Shown piece by piece: positions 63,336-64,000 of a DNA stretch of 64,000 bases; positions within the stretch are counted from its first letter, which is position 1, and each line of letters starts with the position of its first letter. A model generated the notes under the pieces. It saw only the letters and a program-made list of their open reading frames with translations. It was not told where the DNA came from and ran no database searches. Source of the DNA: Lama glama. Lineage: Eukaryota. Made by a program: the position numbers and the translations under genes. The stretch lies in the NCBI GenBank assembly GCA_028534125.1, contig CM052817.1, forward strand, positions 13,828,001-13,892,000, read 5' to 3'.

Positions 63336-64000
63336 CTAGAGGGAATGCTGCCTTAGCAGGAATTAAATAAACTTTTCCCGCATTTCCCTCAACTTCAATT
63401 CAACAAAAGCCTTTCAACAAAAGGTTGTGGGATGCTAAACTTTCCTTTTTTAAATAAAACCACGCTGGCTGCTAGTGGTCAGAATTCTCCTCCTTCCTGC
63501 TTCTTTCTTTCCTCACATCCCCACCCCTTTCTCATTTTCTCCTTCCTTCTTTTTTTCCTTCCTTCCTTCCTCTTTAAGTGCTCAGTATAAAAAGAAAAAA
63601 AAACAATTATCACTTACACAATAAGAAATTTAGTTACAAACTTTGAATATGGAAATGCCATATTGTGATGTGTTCATTTAGATACTTCTCAAATACTTAC
63701 TCTTGGCTAGGAAAGATATTAGGTGCTAAATTTAAAATTATGAATAAGTTTCAGCGACCATACTTAAGGAAATGACAGTTTAGTTACAGCAGAGTTTGCA
63801 AAGCCTAGGGAGAGCTGGGGAGCACAGGGAAGCATCTTGCCCAGATAACTGCTTCCCCATCTCAGTATGAGAGCAAGCACATGAACGCACTCATGTCCTT
63901 TCAGTCAGATTCTGCATCATTTGATCCTAACAGTAGTGCACACAGTGTACTGGGTTTGAAGCTCTTCAATCTGACCTTGGACACTGCATTTGATCCATTT

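Noticed and set aside
1..64000. Prokaryote-type systems (CRISPR, operons, defence islands), full-length ERV or NUMT
   Set aside because: Mammalian repeat landscape; no repeat-spacer arrays, long ORFs, paired LTRs with internal genes or mitochondrial-like sequence seen

Overview
AT-rich, repeat-dense mammalian DNA, most likely camelid. The evidence is a camelid-type tRNA-derived SINE at ~56.0 kb plus young cetartiodactyl/camelid-type L1 3' ends and an L1 ORF1 fragment. Much of the window is old eutherian repeats: MIR, L2, L1M, MLT1/LTR16 LTRs and MER DNA transposons. Subfamily names are from memory of consensus sequences, and repeat coordinates are approximate. I recognise no known protein-coding gene, and nearly all track ORFs are background or repeat-derived. 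Three things are not explained by repeats. (1) A chain of exon-like segments on the minus strand (43.9, 31.2, 27.1, 14.6 and 4.4 kb) sits behind a CRE/E-box element and can be joined into a >=107-codon ORF or read as a lncRNA or decayed gene. (2) A possible recursive splice site lies at 31.27 kb. (3) An ancient local duplication (1.2-2.0 kb vs 6.3-6.8 kb) has a strongly conserved 43-bp core, and one copy is interrupted by a young L1. All three are hypotheses that need RNA-seq or cross-species alignment.
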